From an uncultured Alphaproteobacteria bacterium (GTDB lineage Bacteria > Pseudomonadota > Alphaproteobacteria > Rhizobiales > Xanthobacteraceae): DNA of 64,000 bases. A program made the translations under genes and the position numbers. The notes below the pieces were generated by a model. That model ran no database searches, was not told where the DNA came from, and was given only the letters and a program-made list of their open reading frames with translations. The DNA is taken from assembly GCA_963736275.1 (NCBI GenBank), contig CAVTOP010000017.1, positions 7,551-71,550 of the forward strand. Direction: 5' to 3'. This document shows, in pieces, positions 11,001 to 18,888 of the stretch; positions within the stretch are counted from its first letter, which is position 1, and each line of letters opens with the position of its first letter.

Positions 11001-11979
11001 CAAAGAGAATTTCGACGTTGACGGCCACCAGATCCAGGTCGGCTTGAGCGTGGGCGTGGCGGTCTATCCTGCCGACGGCGCCGATGCGACGGCATTGATC
11101 GCCAACGCCGACGCCGCGCTCTATCAGGCGAAGTCGGAAGTGCGGGGTTCCGTCCGCTTCTTCGAGGAAAAGCTCGGGTCGCGCCTGCGCGAGCGCCGCG
11201 AGCTGCAGACTGACCTGCGCAGTGCACCAGACCGTGGCGACCTGCTTTTGCACTACCAGCCGCAAAAAACCATCGCCTTCGGCAAGGTCGTCGGCTTCGA
11301 GGCGCTCGCGCGGTGGCACTGCCCGAAACGCGGCTGGGTGTCGCCCGAGACCTTCATCCCGATCGCTGAACAAAGCACGCAGATCATTGCCCTCGGCGAG
11401 TGGATTCTGCGCGAGGCTTGCAGGGAAGCTGCCTCATGGCCGAATCCGCTCAGGGTTGCGGTCAATATTTCGCCGGTCCAGTTTCACCATGGCGACCTGG
11501 CAAAGCTCGTCCACTCCATCCTGCTCGAGACCGGGCTGAAACCTGACCGGCTCGAGCTCGAAATCACCGAAGGCGTGCTGATCGACGACTTCTCCCGCGC
11601 TGTTTCGATCCTGCGCAAGCTCAAGCTGCTGGGCGTCCACATCGCGCTCGACGACTTCGGATCCGGGTATTCCTCGCTGTCCTACCTGCACGCCTTCCCG
11701 TTCGAGAAGATCAAGATCGACCGGGTCTTCGTCGGCGACCTCGAGAACAACCATCATTCGATGGCAATCGTTCGCGCGATCGTCACGCTCGGACACAGCC
11801 TCAACATCCCGGTGCTCGCCGAAGGCGTGGAGAACGAAAGCCAGCTGTCGTTCCTTGCGCAGGAAGGCTGCGACGAGGTGCAGGGCTATTTCACCGGCAA
11901 GCCACAGCCGATCGAGGCCTATGCCGATCTTGTCGGCAACGTGATCGCGAAGGCGCGCCCCAAGGCCTTGGCGGGTTAG
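8089..11979 (+). CDS. dCache-PAS(x4)-GGDEF-EAL c-di-GMP signalling protein
   Basis: Two TM helices around a periplasmic Cache-like domain, PAS repeats (NNMSHGLVMFD, WVATHED), intact GGDEF and GFEALARW. The start may be 8143. Confidence 0.94.
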   Translation: MRWISRLASAQDARRQSGMPTPALDFFSPVRLILACAVTLALIVVGSAGLIAYNLRARAMSESAQALSNSALIVAKQIEQTFTAVQAVERRFHDDLSGLPVIDSETIEREYKRHAVHLKLRDKAGGMPYVGSLAIFNAKGQLINFSRQWPIPDVNVANEDYFRALRTNRGVTSFLGEPVRDYATGSWVIHLAYKISGPNGEFLGVISTAIELHYLQNYFRDISPNPNSTFALFRNDGMLLARYPEADGEIGRKFPTALSLKLVANSDHGVGSSDGLFDGIPRMVAGHRVEGYPVVVSATRATSSILAHWRRTTPYLAGAAAIILAVIAAFALLFTRLFRNYQALEQVREERNRAEQLRGQSLRFDVAINNMSHGLVMFDAMSRLVVVNTRFLEIYDLSPDVVKPGLSLLDLLKHRKERGSFGGDPEEYHAKILAQIAKRTLSKQNVPTPAGHIIQIVNQPMPDGGWVATHEDITEKIEAETAIKKQKEQLDAALANISQGVSMFDASKRLIICNKQYVDLYELTEDLTKPGTPFKAILEHTIARGNGPKDSTAYLKARLNDVAGRVPYQTTNKLRDGRYVAVVHRPMLNGGWVATHQDITEDKHREESFRLLFEGNPVPMWVIDRDTLRFLAVNEAAVAHYGFSREQFMAMSVADLRPADDRERFKAFIHGLSDDQFVENVGQHIKADGTKIDIAVYSRALNYNGHNARLTVIHDVTKTKLTEAELRRTKIFLDAVIEHVPLPIVVRHVDGTGKNAQGGRFLLFNRAYEELTGDSRSRMIGQTAHELFPPERADIIVKTDFETLQGNAIVSTPEHYINTASNGLRLIKASKIAIRDDGGDARYLLTVLEDITERRRSEQHISYLAHNDSLTGLPNRTSFLKHLFDTLDGASKNGTRFAIMCLDLDRFKEANDTYGHLVGDALLREAARRLQTAAEGAFLARIGGDEFIVVLSGDEPEAAASTVGERMIEAFKENFDVDGHQIQVGLSVGVAVYPADGADATALIANADAALYQAKSEVRGSVRFFEEKLGSRLRERRELQTDLRSAPDRGDLLLHYQPQKTIAFGKVVGFEALARWHCPKRGWVSPETFIPIAEQSTQIIALGEWILREACREAASWPNPLRVAVNISPVQFHHGDLAKLVHSILLETGLKPDRLELEITEGVLIDDFSRAVSILRKLKLLGVHIALDDFGSGYSSLSYLHAFPFEKIKIDRVFVGDLENNHHSMAIVRAIVTLGHSLNIPVLAEGVENESQLSFLAQEGCDEVQGYFTGKPQPIEAYADLVGNVIAKARPKALAG

Positions 11980-12085
11980 CGCCGCGCATTGCGTCCGCCG
12001 CAACTATCGCGGTGAAAACTCCGGCGCGCAGGTGTGCGCAGACCTCTCGACAAGCGGTCCGCCCGATTCCGATGCCCCAATGTGC

Positions 12086-12113
12086 AAAAAAGAAGCGGCC
12101 TCTTGGAGGCCGC
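12086..12113 (-). terminator. Intrinsic terminator
   Basis: On the minus strand, gcggcctc-caa-gaggccgc is followed by ttctttttt. Confidence 0.7.
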
Positions 12114-12178
12114 CAGGAAGTTTGGAGGATCGTGAAACGGGGGGCCTGCCCCTTGGGTGGGGGCAGGCCTTACGACGG

Positions 12179-12346
12179 TCAGATTGCGTTCAATATCCTG
12201 GCCGTCAGGCCGCCTATGGTGTGGGGACTTACCACCAGGCTAGCCAAACTCGTGGAAGGGCCTTCGATGGTGCGCGCAACGCCTGTTACCACCGTCATGC
12301 AAGCGAGGAGCAAAGTGGCTGCGGCGAGGATGATGGTCTTACGCAT
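12179..12346 (-). CDS. Small (55 aa) putative exported peptide
   Basis: MRKTIILAAATLLLACMTVVTG looks like a signal peptide. It lies between a CRP-box promoter and a terminator. Confidence 0.5.
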   Translation of the reverse strand: MRKTIILAAATLLLACMTVVTGVARTIEGPSTSLASLVVSPHTIGGLTARILNAI

Positions 12347-12423
12347 GGTCGTTGGCCCTGAATGGTGCGGGAGCAACCGCGCTCCCTATGACCATCACAC
12401 TAGGCCGGCAGATCCCACGGCGA

Positions 12424-12439
12424 TGTGACCAAGGTCACA
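12424..12439 (-). promoter_or_regulatory. CRP-type box TGTGA-N6-TCACA, class II position
   Basis: Perfect TGTGA-CCAAGG-TCACA. A -10-like TAGTGT at 12402-12397 puts the box centre near -41.5. Confidence 0.7.
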
Positions 12440-12480
12440 GATAACCGCTTTTTTCGTCGGGCACGAAAAAGCTGAAATAT

Positions 12481-13161
12481 CTAGAGTTTTGTTTCTCTTT
12501 CGAGCTTGTCTTTGTTCTCGAGGCAGTAATAGCCGGACAGGCGGGTCACCATTTTTGACCGCATCCACTCATTGAGAATCCGGCTGACATTCTCGCGCGC
12601 GATTCCCGCCATCGCCGCGACGTCGCTCTGGCTCAGCTTTTGCCGGATGACGACACGGCCGCCACCGACGTCGTTTCCGAAGGCCTTGGCCAGGTCGAGC
12701 AGCGCACGCGCCACGCGGCCCTTGACCGGCAGGAATGTCCCCGCCGCCACAACCTGGTCGGTATCGCGCAACCGCGTCGCCACCAGGTTGAGAAGATGCT
12801 TGTAGACCTCTGGATTCTTGAGGGCCACGGATTCGAAAGAAGCCCGGCTGATGAACCTGAGCTTGCAGTCGCGCAGGGCCGACACCGATGCCGAGCGCGG
12901 GCGGCCGTCGACCATCGCCATGTCGCCGACGATCGACCCCGGACCGAGAATGGCGAGGATACGTTCGGCGCCCTTGGGCGAGACCATGCTGACCTTGAGC
13001 AGACCCTCGTCCAGTCGATAGCAGCCATCGCCCGGATCGCCTGTGAAAAACAGCGTCTCATCGGCCGCCAGCTTGACTGGCTTGGCATTGGTCAAAAGCA
13101 AAGTCGCCAGCCGATCGGGCAGGTCCGACAGCAGATCGGTGGTACGCGGCGGAGAAACCAT
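12481..13161 (-). CDS. Crp/Fnr family transcriptional regulator (cNMP-binding type)
   Basis: GDMAMVDGRPRSA cNMP pocket and HTH SQSDVAAMAGIARENVSR. Confidence 0.93.
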   Translation of the reverse strand: MVSPPRTTDLLSDLPDRLATLLLTNAKPVKLAADETLFFTGDPGDGCYRLDEGLLKVSMVSPKGAERILAILGPGSIVGDMAMVDGRPRSASVSALRDCKLRFISRASFESVALKNPEVYKHLLNLVATRLRDTDQVVAAGTFLPVKGRVARALLDLAKAFGNDVGGGRVVIRQKLSQSDVAAMAGIARENVSRILNEWMRSKMVTRLSGYYCLENKDKLERETKL

Positions 13162-13224
13162 CGAAAACCCGGCACGGAGCACATGTGGCGCCAGGTTTTC
13201 TAGCAGAAATCCGGGCGAAATGCC

Positions 13225-13446
13225 TCAATTGCCGGTGAGGGCAGCTCGCGCGATCGTCTCACGGTTAAGGCCGCGCCGGGCAAGTTCCGGCGTCGAAAGC
13301 CGCGATAATGCGTGGTAGCGCGCGGCAATTTCCTGGCCTTCTCGCACGCCTTCGACGAAATGGGTGCACCAGGCGGCGGTCCGCGACAATAAAGCGCTCG
13401 GGCTGGCTATGCCGGTCGAGGCGGTCTGGTAGGTGATGTCGGTCAT
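13225..13446 (-). CDS. Small DUF1127/YjiS-like protein
   Basis: RBS ggaggg and C-terminal LSRLSTPELARRGLNRETI, which resembles DUF1127. Confidence 0.7.
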   Translation of the reverse strand: MTDITYQTASTGIASPSALLSRTAAWCTHFVEGVREGQEIAARYHALSRLSTPELARRGLNRETIARAALTGN

Positions 13447-13523
13447 CGGTCCCTCCTGGTCCGTCCCCCACGGAGCGAGATGCTCGCAACGTTAACCAGA
13501 CTAGGCCACCTGCCGTCGCGCGC

Positions 13524-13539
13524 TGTGTTGGCCGTCACA
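13524..13539 (-). promoter_or_regulatory. CRP-type box (1 mismatch), class II position
   Basis: Minus strand TGTGA-CGGCCA-ACACA. A -10-like TAGTCT at 13503-13498 has the same ggccTAGT context as the 12402 promoter. Confidence 0.6.
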
Positions 13540-13580
13540 AATTCACGAATTTGATGAGTGCGCGCAGGCTCCGTACGTCG

Positions 13581-14513
13581 CTAGTGACGCGTGCCCTTCC
13601 GCTTGTGGCCCTTCTTCTTGCTCGCGGCGGCAAGCTGGATCGCCCCCTTCCCGCCTTTGCCGCGCGATTTCCCGTGCTTGGTCTCGTTTTTAGCGCTCTT
13701 GCGCTCGGCGACCACGATCGTCGGCGTCTTCTTTCCGGCAATGGTTCGGCGCGCTGAAGAGCCGGCCACCTTCGCGGCAATAACCGTGACTGCCTCCTGA
13801 CACGGCGCTTCGTGTGGCAGGACCGCGGCGAGCTTGGCGTTCACACGGCCCTTCCAGGTTTCAGCCGGGCGCCCGGTGATCGTTTTTACATAGTGCTGCG
13901 TTTCTTCCGGAAGCTTGCCCTTTTTGTCGAGCCAGTCCTGGATGCGCCGTGGCCCCGCATTGTACGCCGCGGCGGCAAGTCCGAGATTTCCGAACCGGCG
14001 CATAAGATCGCCGAGCAAACGCGCGGATGCCGCGATCGCCTGGATCGGATCGAACGGATTGTTGAGACCGACGGTCGCCGCGGTCTCCGGCATGAATTGC
14101 GCAATGCCCTGAGCGCCGGCACGGCTCACAACATCCGGCTTGAAACGACTTTCCTGAAAAAGAAGATGAATCAAAAACGGGAGCGGCAGGTCGTTCGAAT
14201 GCGCCGACTCCGTTACGGTGGTGCAAATCTCATGGCGCGAGCGGGCCACCACGCGATCTTTGACGGGCGGCGGGCGCTTGACCGGAATTGGCACGTCGGC
14301 CGCGACCGGCAAGTTCTCCGCCGCACCCGCTTTCGGTTCAGTGCTCCCGCCCTGTTCAGGAGATACTCCGGCCGGAACATCGGTAACCGATGCCGGTGCC
14401 TTGCTGCCTTCGGCTTTCGACGCGGACAATCGCTGAGACGGAATTTCGTCGGCGCCGGCCGTACCCGACAGAGTCATCAAGCAGATACAGGCCGGCAGAA
14501 ACAGATGCCGCAT
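13581..14513 (-). CDS. Lytic transglycosylase (SLT domain) with basic C-terminal tail
   Basis: Signal peptide, QESRF, SRAGAQGIAQFMPETA, AAAAYNAGP and ETQHYV. Confidence 0.88.
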   Translation of the reverse strand: MRHLFLPACICLMTLSGTAGADEIPSQRLSASKAEGSKAPASVTDVPAGVSPEQGGSTEPKAGAAENLPVAADVPIPVKRPPPVKDRVVARSRHEICTTVTESAHSNDLPLPFLIHLLFQESRFKPDVVSRAGAQGIAQFMPETAATVGLNNPFDPIQAIAASARLLGDLMRRFGNLGLAAAAYNAGPRRIQDWLDKKGKLPEETQHYVKTITGRPAETWKGRVNAKLAAVLPHEAPCQEAVTVIAAKVAGSSARRTIAGKKTPTIVVAERKSAKNETKHGKSRGKGGKGAIQLAAASKKKGHKRKGTRH

Positions 14514-14844
14514 AGTGTCTCCAAACTGGCGCGAGCACGCCCGCGCGGCACATCGCAATGCGCCGGTGCCGATTTCGAAAAGGAGGGGTCCCCTCGCGTG
14601 GGCCGCGTCATGCGGTCGAAACGGGACTGTTTTTTGGTGAGCGTGTGGAAAGAATAAGAACGAATCCGCCCACGGGTTGCCGCAGTTCCCCGTCGACTCG
14701 CTTAACCAATCTTCCGGCAGCGGCCGGTCCCCAAGGGATCACAGCGTGCCGTTGCCTATGGGTCATTCGGACAAGGGCTGGTATATCGCGCGGCGACCAC
14801 TTAGCATCGAGTCGGCTGAGGCTTTGGCGGGCGGGGGAATAACC

Positions 14845-15108
14845 ATGAGAAAGCGGGCGGTGCTTGTGGCGGCGCTGGGATTAACCTTGGCCTCGTGCGT
14901 CGGCGTTTATGGGCCGAAAGGCAACGATACCGGCGGCATTATTCCGTGGTCACCCGACGCCGAGCGCGATGCGCTCAACATCGCGCAAGCCAACTGCAGC
15001 CAATTCAACAAATATGCCGTGATCACCAGTGTCCATCGCGTCTACGGCGATTACATCGCCTATGCCTGCTGGTGGCATCCGCCGCGCGGCAAACGGTATC
15101 GCTCGTAA
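14845..15108 (+). CDS. Small lipoprotein, hypothetical
   Basis: Lipobox LASC, then NDTGGIIPWS and two further Cys. Confidence 0.72.
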   Translation: MRKRAVLVAALGLTLASCVGVYGPKGNDTGGIIPWSPDAERDALNIAQANCSQFNKYAVITSVHRVYGDYIAYACWWHPPRGKRYRS

Positions 15109-15142
15109 GTCTGGATTTCGAGTCCGGCACTTTGACCCTCAA

Positions 15143-15331
15143 CCGTCATGGCCGGGCTTGTCATAGCAAGTCGGGTTTACCCGACTTGCTACACGTAATT
15201 CATGCGGAAGTCGGGCATGCCCGACTTCCGATGCCATCCACGTCTTGGAGTGTGCACCTAAGACGTGGATGCCCGCGCCATAGGTGTGCGAAAGCACGCC
15301 GTCCTTCGGACGGCTATGCGCGGGCATGACG
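15143..15331. repeat. Type-1 palindromic repeat carrying modules A and B
   Basis: ccgtcatggccgggcttgtc[A]gccatccacgtctt...aagacgtggatgcccgcg[B]gcgcgggcatgacg. Confidence 0.9.
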
Positions 15332-15394
15332 AGCGGAGAATTAAGCCGCACCACCCCCTCGGACAGTCTCGCACGCCGGTGTTATTCTCGCCTT

Positions 15395-15790
15395 ATGAGG
15401 CGCGGGCTGGTCATCGCTGCACTGACGTTGATCGTTCTTGCGGATACATCGTCCGCCCTCGATCTCAATTCATTCCGCGCACAGCACGGCCGTCCGCCGC
15501 TGTCGCCGGGCGGCGCGCTCTCGGGCGCCGCCTATAGCCACGCACACAGTCTCGCCTCCCGCCAGCGGCTCGACCATGCCGGCTTTCGTCAGCGCGTTTC
15601 GACTGCGGGAGGCACTGCTGCGGAAAACGTTGCCTTCGGGTGCGAGACGGAAGATTGCGTTATCCGCATGTGGGCGAGGTCCGGCCGTCATCGCGCGAAC
15701 ATGCTGCGGCGGGACGTGACGAGCTATGGCATTGCATCGGCCGTCGGCAGCAACGGACGGCGTTATTGGGTGCTTGAGTTGGGAAACTAG
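15395..15790 (+). CDS. CAP (SCP/PR-1) domain protein
   Basis: Signal peptide, LNSFRAQHG, AENVAFG and WARSGRHRANML. Confidence 0.87.
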   Translation: MRRGLVIAALTLIVLADTSSALDLNSFRAQHGRPPLSPGGALSGAAYSHAHSLASRQRLDHAGFRQRVSTAGGTAAENVAFGCETEDCVIRMWARSGRHRANMLRRDVTSYGIASAVGSNGRRYWVLELGN

Positions 15791-15819
15791 AATTTGATCC
15801 ATTCTGGCTGAAACGATTT

Positions 15820-15907
15820 CGTCATGGCCGGGCTTGTCCCGGCCATCCACGTCTGTGGAGCTGCAACGAAGCAAGACGTGGATGCCCGCGACAAGCGCGG
15901 GCATGAC
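15820..15907. repeat. Type-1 palindromic repeat, unexpanded (minimal) form
   Basis: cgtcatggccgggcttgtcccggccatccacgtct...agacgtggatgcccgcgacaagcgcgggcatgac forms a three-arm cloverleaf. Confidence 0.9.
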
Positions 15908-15947
15908 AAATTCCAATCCAGATGAGGCAAACTCTGAAGAACGCGCC

Positions 15948-16259
15948 CTACTTCTTTTCGAGCATCAGCTGGCCCTTCTGACCGATCACACGCTGTGCGG
16001 CATGGGCAAAGCGCGCGAGCAGCCACGGCAGCGTGACCTCGACCCGCACGCCGGCCTCATAGACTTCGATGAAACCGGTCGCCGCCTGGCCGAGCGCCGA
16101 GGCGCGGAAAGACAGACGGTCGCCGCTCCACACGTCCTGATCGATCGAGAGCAGCCAGGCGAATTCGCCTTTGGCGCGGCCAAGCCCTTCCTTGATCCGG
16201 CGCACGGCCTCGTCTTTTCCGAGGCGATGCGGAATGACAACCACAAGCGGTTCCGACAT
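15948..16259 (-). CDS. Polyhydroxyalkanoic acid system (PHA_gran_rgn-like) protein
   Basis: MSEPLVVVIPHRLGKDEAVRRIK...WSGDRLSF...VEVTLPWLLA. Confidence 0.75.
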   Translation of the reverse strand: MSEPLVVVIPHRLGKDEAVRRIKEGLGRAKGEFAWLLSIDQDVWSGDRLSFRASALGQAATGFIEVYEAGVRVEVTLPWLLARFAHAAQRVIGQKGQLMLEKK

Positions 16260-16368
16260 TGCAGACGATCTCCCGGACGCTTCCGGATATGTAAGGACGG
16301 CATCGACGCAGGAAAAGGTCTTAAAGCAAAGGATAGCCGTCGGAACCTGTGCTACCCTTCCCCGCATC

Positions 16369-16617
16369 ATGATGAAACGCGAGACCTTCGCGGTCGACAC
16401 CATCTACGTGCCAGTCAGCCGGCGGACGACGCTTGATCCCAAACGCGTCGAAGAGATAGCGCAAAGCATGCTCGCGGACGGCCAGAAGACGCCAATCCTC
16501 GTGCGGCCGGACGGCGCACGCTTTGTGCTTATCGAAGGCCTGCATCGGCTGGAAGCTGCCAAGGCATTGGGGGAACAGACCATCATTGGCTTCCGCGTCG
16601 ACGCGCGCAAGCACTGA
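16369..16617 (+). CDS. Stand-alone ParB/Srx N-terminal domain protein
   Basis: GQKTPILVR...LIEGLHRLEAAKALG. Confidence 0.75.
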   Translation: MMKRETFAVDTIYVPVSRRTTLDPKRVEEIAQSMLADGQKTPILVRPDGARFVLIEGLHRLEAAKALGEQTIIGFRVDARKH

Positions 16618-16649
16618 CGCCGCCAGCCGGCCGTTAAGGCGGGTCGCCT

Positions 16650-17012
16650 CTATTTCCGCTCGCTGAGCATCTTGGCGCAGGCGTCGGCCACCATGCGACT
16701 GGGCGTGCTGCCGGGGAATGTTGCCCAGCCGCCTTTTTCGATGAAGGCGTCCCGATTCCAGTCGTTGGTGGCGTTCAGTGCGGCCATAGTGACCTTGGCG
16801 TCGGTCGCATTTTGAAACTTGTCGACGCAGATCGGCGCCAGCGCTGCGACCATCGCTTCATCGGCGCGCTGCTGCGCCAGCTTTTCCGACTTGCTGTGCA
16901 GCTGCCAGCCGCCCCAGCCAAAGCCGATAGCGATCGTGACAACGGCGCCAACGACGGCACCCTGCAATAGACGCGTCAACTGCTCGCCCTGCAGCATGGG
17001 TGGCAAATTCAT
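16650..17012 (-). CDS. Hypothetical single-pass membrane protein
   Basis: RBS gaaagga, TM helix ending GFGWGGW, and paired Cys (PICV...ACA). Confidence 0.75.
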   Translation of the reverse strand: MNLPPMLQGEQLTRLLQGAVVGAVVTIAIGFGWGGWQLHSKSEKLAQQRADEAMVAALAPICVDKFQNATDAKVTMAALNATNDWNRDAFIEKGGWATFPGSTPSRMVADACAKMLSERK

Positions 17013-17206
17013 GAGTTTTCCTTTCGCCCGATCTAGGTTCGGTGCGTGGGCAACGGATCCCGGATGGGGTCCGGTCACTGAGTTGGATTGGAGGTCCGGC
17101 CGCTTTGATCTGGCGTTTCGGTCGTTGTCATTGTGCGCTCTATCCGGGATAAAGTCGATGATGCCGCGCGACCTCCCAAATCCGCGCCGAATCCTCAGGT
17201 GACGCC

Positions 17207-17629
17207 ATGCTCTCCGACACCATCAAGACGCTCATCCGCAACGCCTGGGATGACGGCTATCCGTGCCTGGTCGCGACCAATGGGCCGCAGGGACCGAACA
17301 TCACGCCGAAGGGCAGCATGATCGTGTTTGACGACCAGCATCTCGCCTGGTGGGAGCGCAGCAAGCGCGCCGTGCTGGAAAACCTTGGTCACGACAAGCG
17401 CATCTGCGTGATGTACGCCAACTTCAAAGCGCAGCGCGATGGCATCCTGGAGTCGGGCTTCCTGCGTTTCTTCGGCTCGGTCGACTTGCACGAGACCGGG
17501 CCCGTGCGGGAGGCCATCTTCGCGAAGCTGTTGCCGCGCGAGCAAACTCACGCCGGCGCCGAGGCCGGCATCGGTGCGCTGATCAGGATCGAGAAAGCGA
17601 TCGACGCCCGCGGCAAACCGATCATGTGA
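17207..17629 (+). CDS. Pyridoxamine 5'-phosphate oxidase-like FMN-binding protein
   Basis: CLVAT...PNITPKGS...LAWWERS...ENL pattern. Confidence 0.75.
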   Translation: MLSDTIKTLIRNAWDDGYPCLVATNGPQGPNITPKGSMIVFDDQHLAWWERSKRAVLENLGHDKRICVMYANFKAQRDGILESGFLRFFGSVDLHETGPVREAIFAKLLPREQTHAGAEAGIGALIRIEKAIDARGKPIM

Positions 17630-17655
17630 TCGGCGCCGCGGAGCGTCGTTTAACG

Positions 17656-18366
17656 TCAGGGATGCTTCTCGTTCTTCGCGGCGCGCATGCCCTGGCTCTG
17701 GGCATCGCGCTCGCACATATACGCACCCGCTTTGGTCTGGCCATAGGTCTTGTTGCCGGTGAAGTGATAGATCTTTGAATCGAGATTGGCCCACACAACC
17801 GTTCCGCCCACGCAGCGGAACTTGGCCTGCCCTTCCGTCGCGTACTGATTTGCAGCGGTTGGAGCCGTCGCCGCAGGCGGCGCAGCCCCGGTTGTCGTCC
17901 TTGGCGCCTGTTGCGGCGGTTGCGCAGCTGGCGGCGGCGCTGTCGTCGTCCGCGTCTGTTGCGGCTGCGTGGGGAACAACGTCGGCTGCGCCGTCGTTGC
18001 CTTGCCGGCTCGGCAATCCGCCACGAAGGCCTTGAGCGTTACGCCCTTGGCCTGGTTAGCGTCCTTGTTCGCCCGCCATTCGTCGCTACAGGCCTTGACG
18101 GTCTTCTGGCCGGTCGCCGCAGGCGCCGCCGTCGTCGTTTTCTGCGACGCCGGTGGCGGAGCGGATTGGGTCTGTGCCGCGCCTCCCGCGCGGCACTGCG
18201 TCACGTAGGACTTGAGCGTTACCCCCTTCGCTTCATTGGCGGCCTTGTTAGCCCGCCATTCTTCAGTGCACGCCTTGACCGTTTTTTGCTGAGCTATAGA
18301 CGGAAAAGACAGAAGCGTTGCGCCGATAAAGGCGGCGCCGATGACAGCGATGGTACGCATCCTCAA
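17656..18366 (-). CDS. Secreted protein with two Cys-bracketed repeats and a C-terminal Cys/His domain
   Basis: Signal peptide, QKTVKAC..EWRANK.AN.AKGVTLK..V..CRAG twice, a P/T/A-rich linker, and C..VVWANLDSKIYH...YMCE. Confidence 0.8.
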   Translation of the reverse strand: MRMRTIAVIGAAFIGATLLSFPSIAQQKTVKACTEEWRANKAANEAKGVTLKSYVTQCRAGGAAQTQSAPPPASQKTTTAAPAATGQKTVKACSDEWRANKDANQAKGVTLKAFVADCRAGKATTAQPTLFPTQPQQTRTTTAPPPAAQPPQQAPRTTTGAAPPAATAPTAANQYATEGQAKFRCVGGTVVWANLDSKIYHFTGNKTYGQTKAGAYMCERDAQSQGMRAAKNEKHP

Positions 18367-18384
18367 CTCCCGATGTTGAAGTGA

Positions 18385-18627
18385 TTAGGCTTCCTTCTCG
18401 CACTTGGCCATGAAGCTGTTCTTCGCGGCGCCGGCGAGCGGCTTGCCGTCCTTGCTGACGGCCTTGCCTTCGCAGGCGTCGTGCTTGCACTTCTTGACAA
18501 AACTGGATTTCGCGGCGCCGGCCAGCGCCTTGCCGTCTTTACCCATGGCCTTGGTTTCGCAGGACTGCGCGAACGCAGAGCCGGCGGCAAATGCCGTAAT
18601 CAGCGCTGCAAGAAGAATGCGCTTCAT
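18385..18627 (-). CDS. Small secreted PsiF-repeat-like protein
   Basis: Signal peptide followed by C..KA..KDGK.LAGAAK.SF..KC twice. Confidence 0.78.
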   Translation of the reverse strand: MKRILLAALITAFAAGSAFAQSCETKAMGKDGKALAGAAKSSFVKKCKHDACEGKAVSKDGKPLAGAAKNSFMAKCEKEA

Positions 18628-18888
18628 TATTTCCTCCCATTATTTGGTAACGTTGAAATTCATGGATTGCGACGACAACCCATAGCGAATTTTTGTCCTG
18701 CTGCGACAAATCGTCAATTCAATTCGCCCAATAAACTTTTGTTCGCTCGCGCGACGAAGATTTCCGATGAACATTTGTTCAGAACAATGACGACGCACGT
18801 CGCGTTTTTGCGAAAACCAAAATCGGCGAGGAATGTACGGAGCTGCTTGCCAGACGCAGGCGGTGTCCCGACACCGCCTGCGCGTTTG

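Noticed and set aside
15143-15907. CRISPR array
   Set aside because: The repeats are dispersed, long and palindromic, with no regular spacers and no cas genes.
17012-17130. Riboswitch-like leader of the 16650-17012 gene
   Set aside because: Only one short imperfect hairpin (17054-73) is visible, and no known aptamer motif was recognised.
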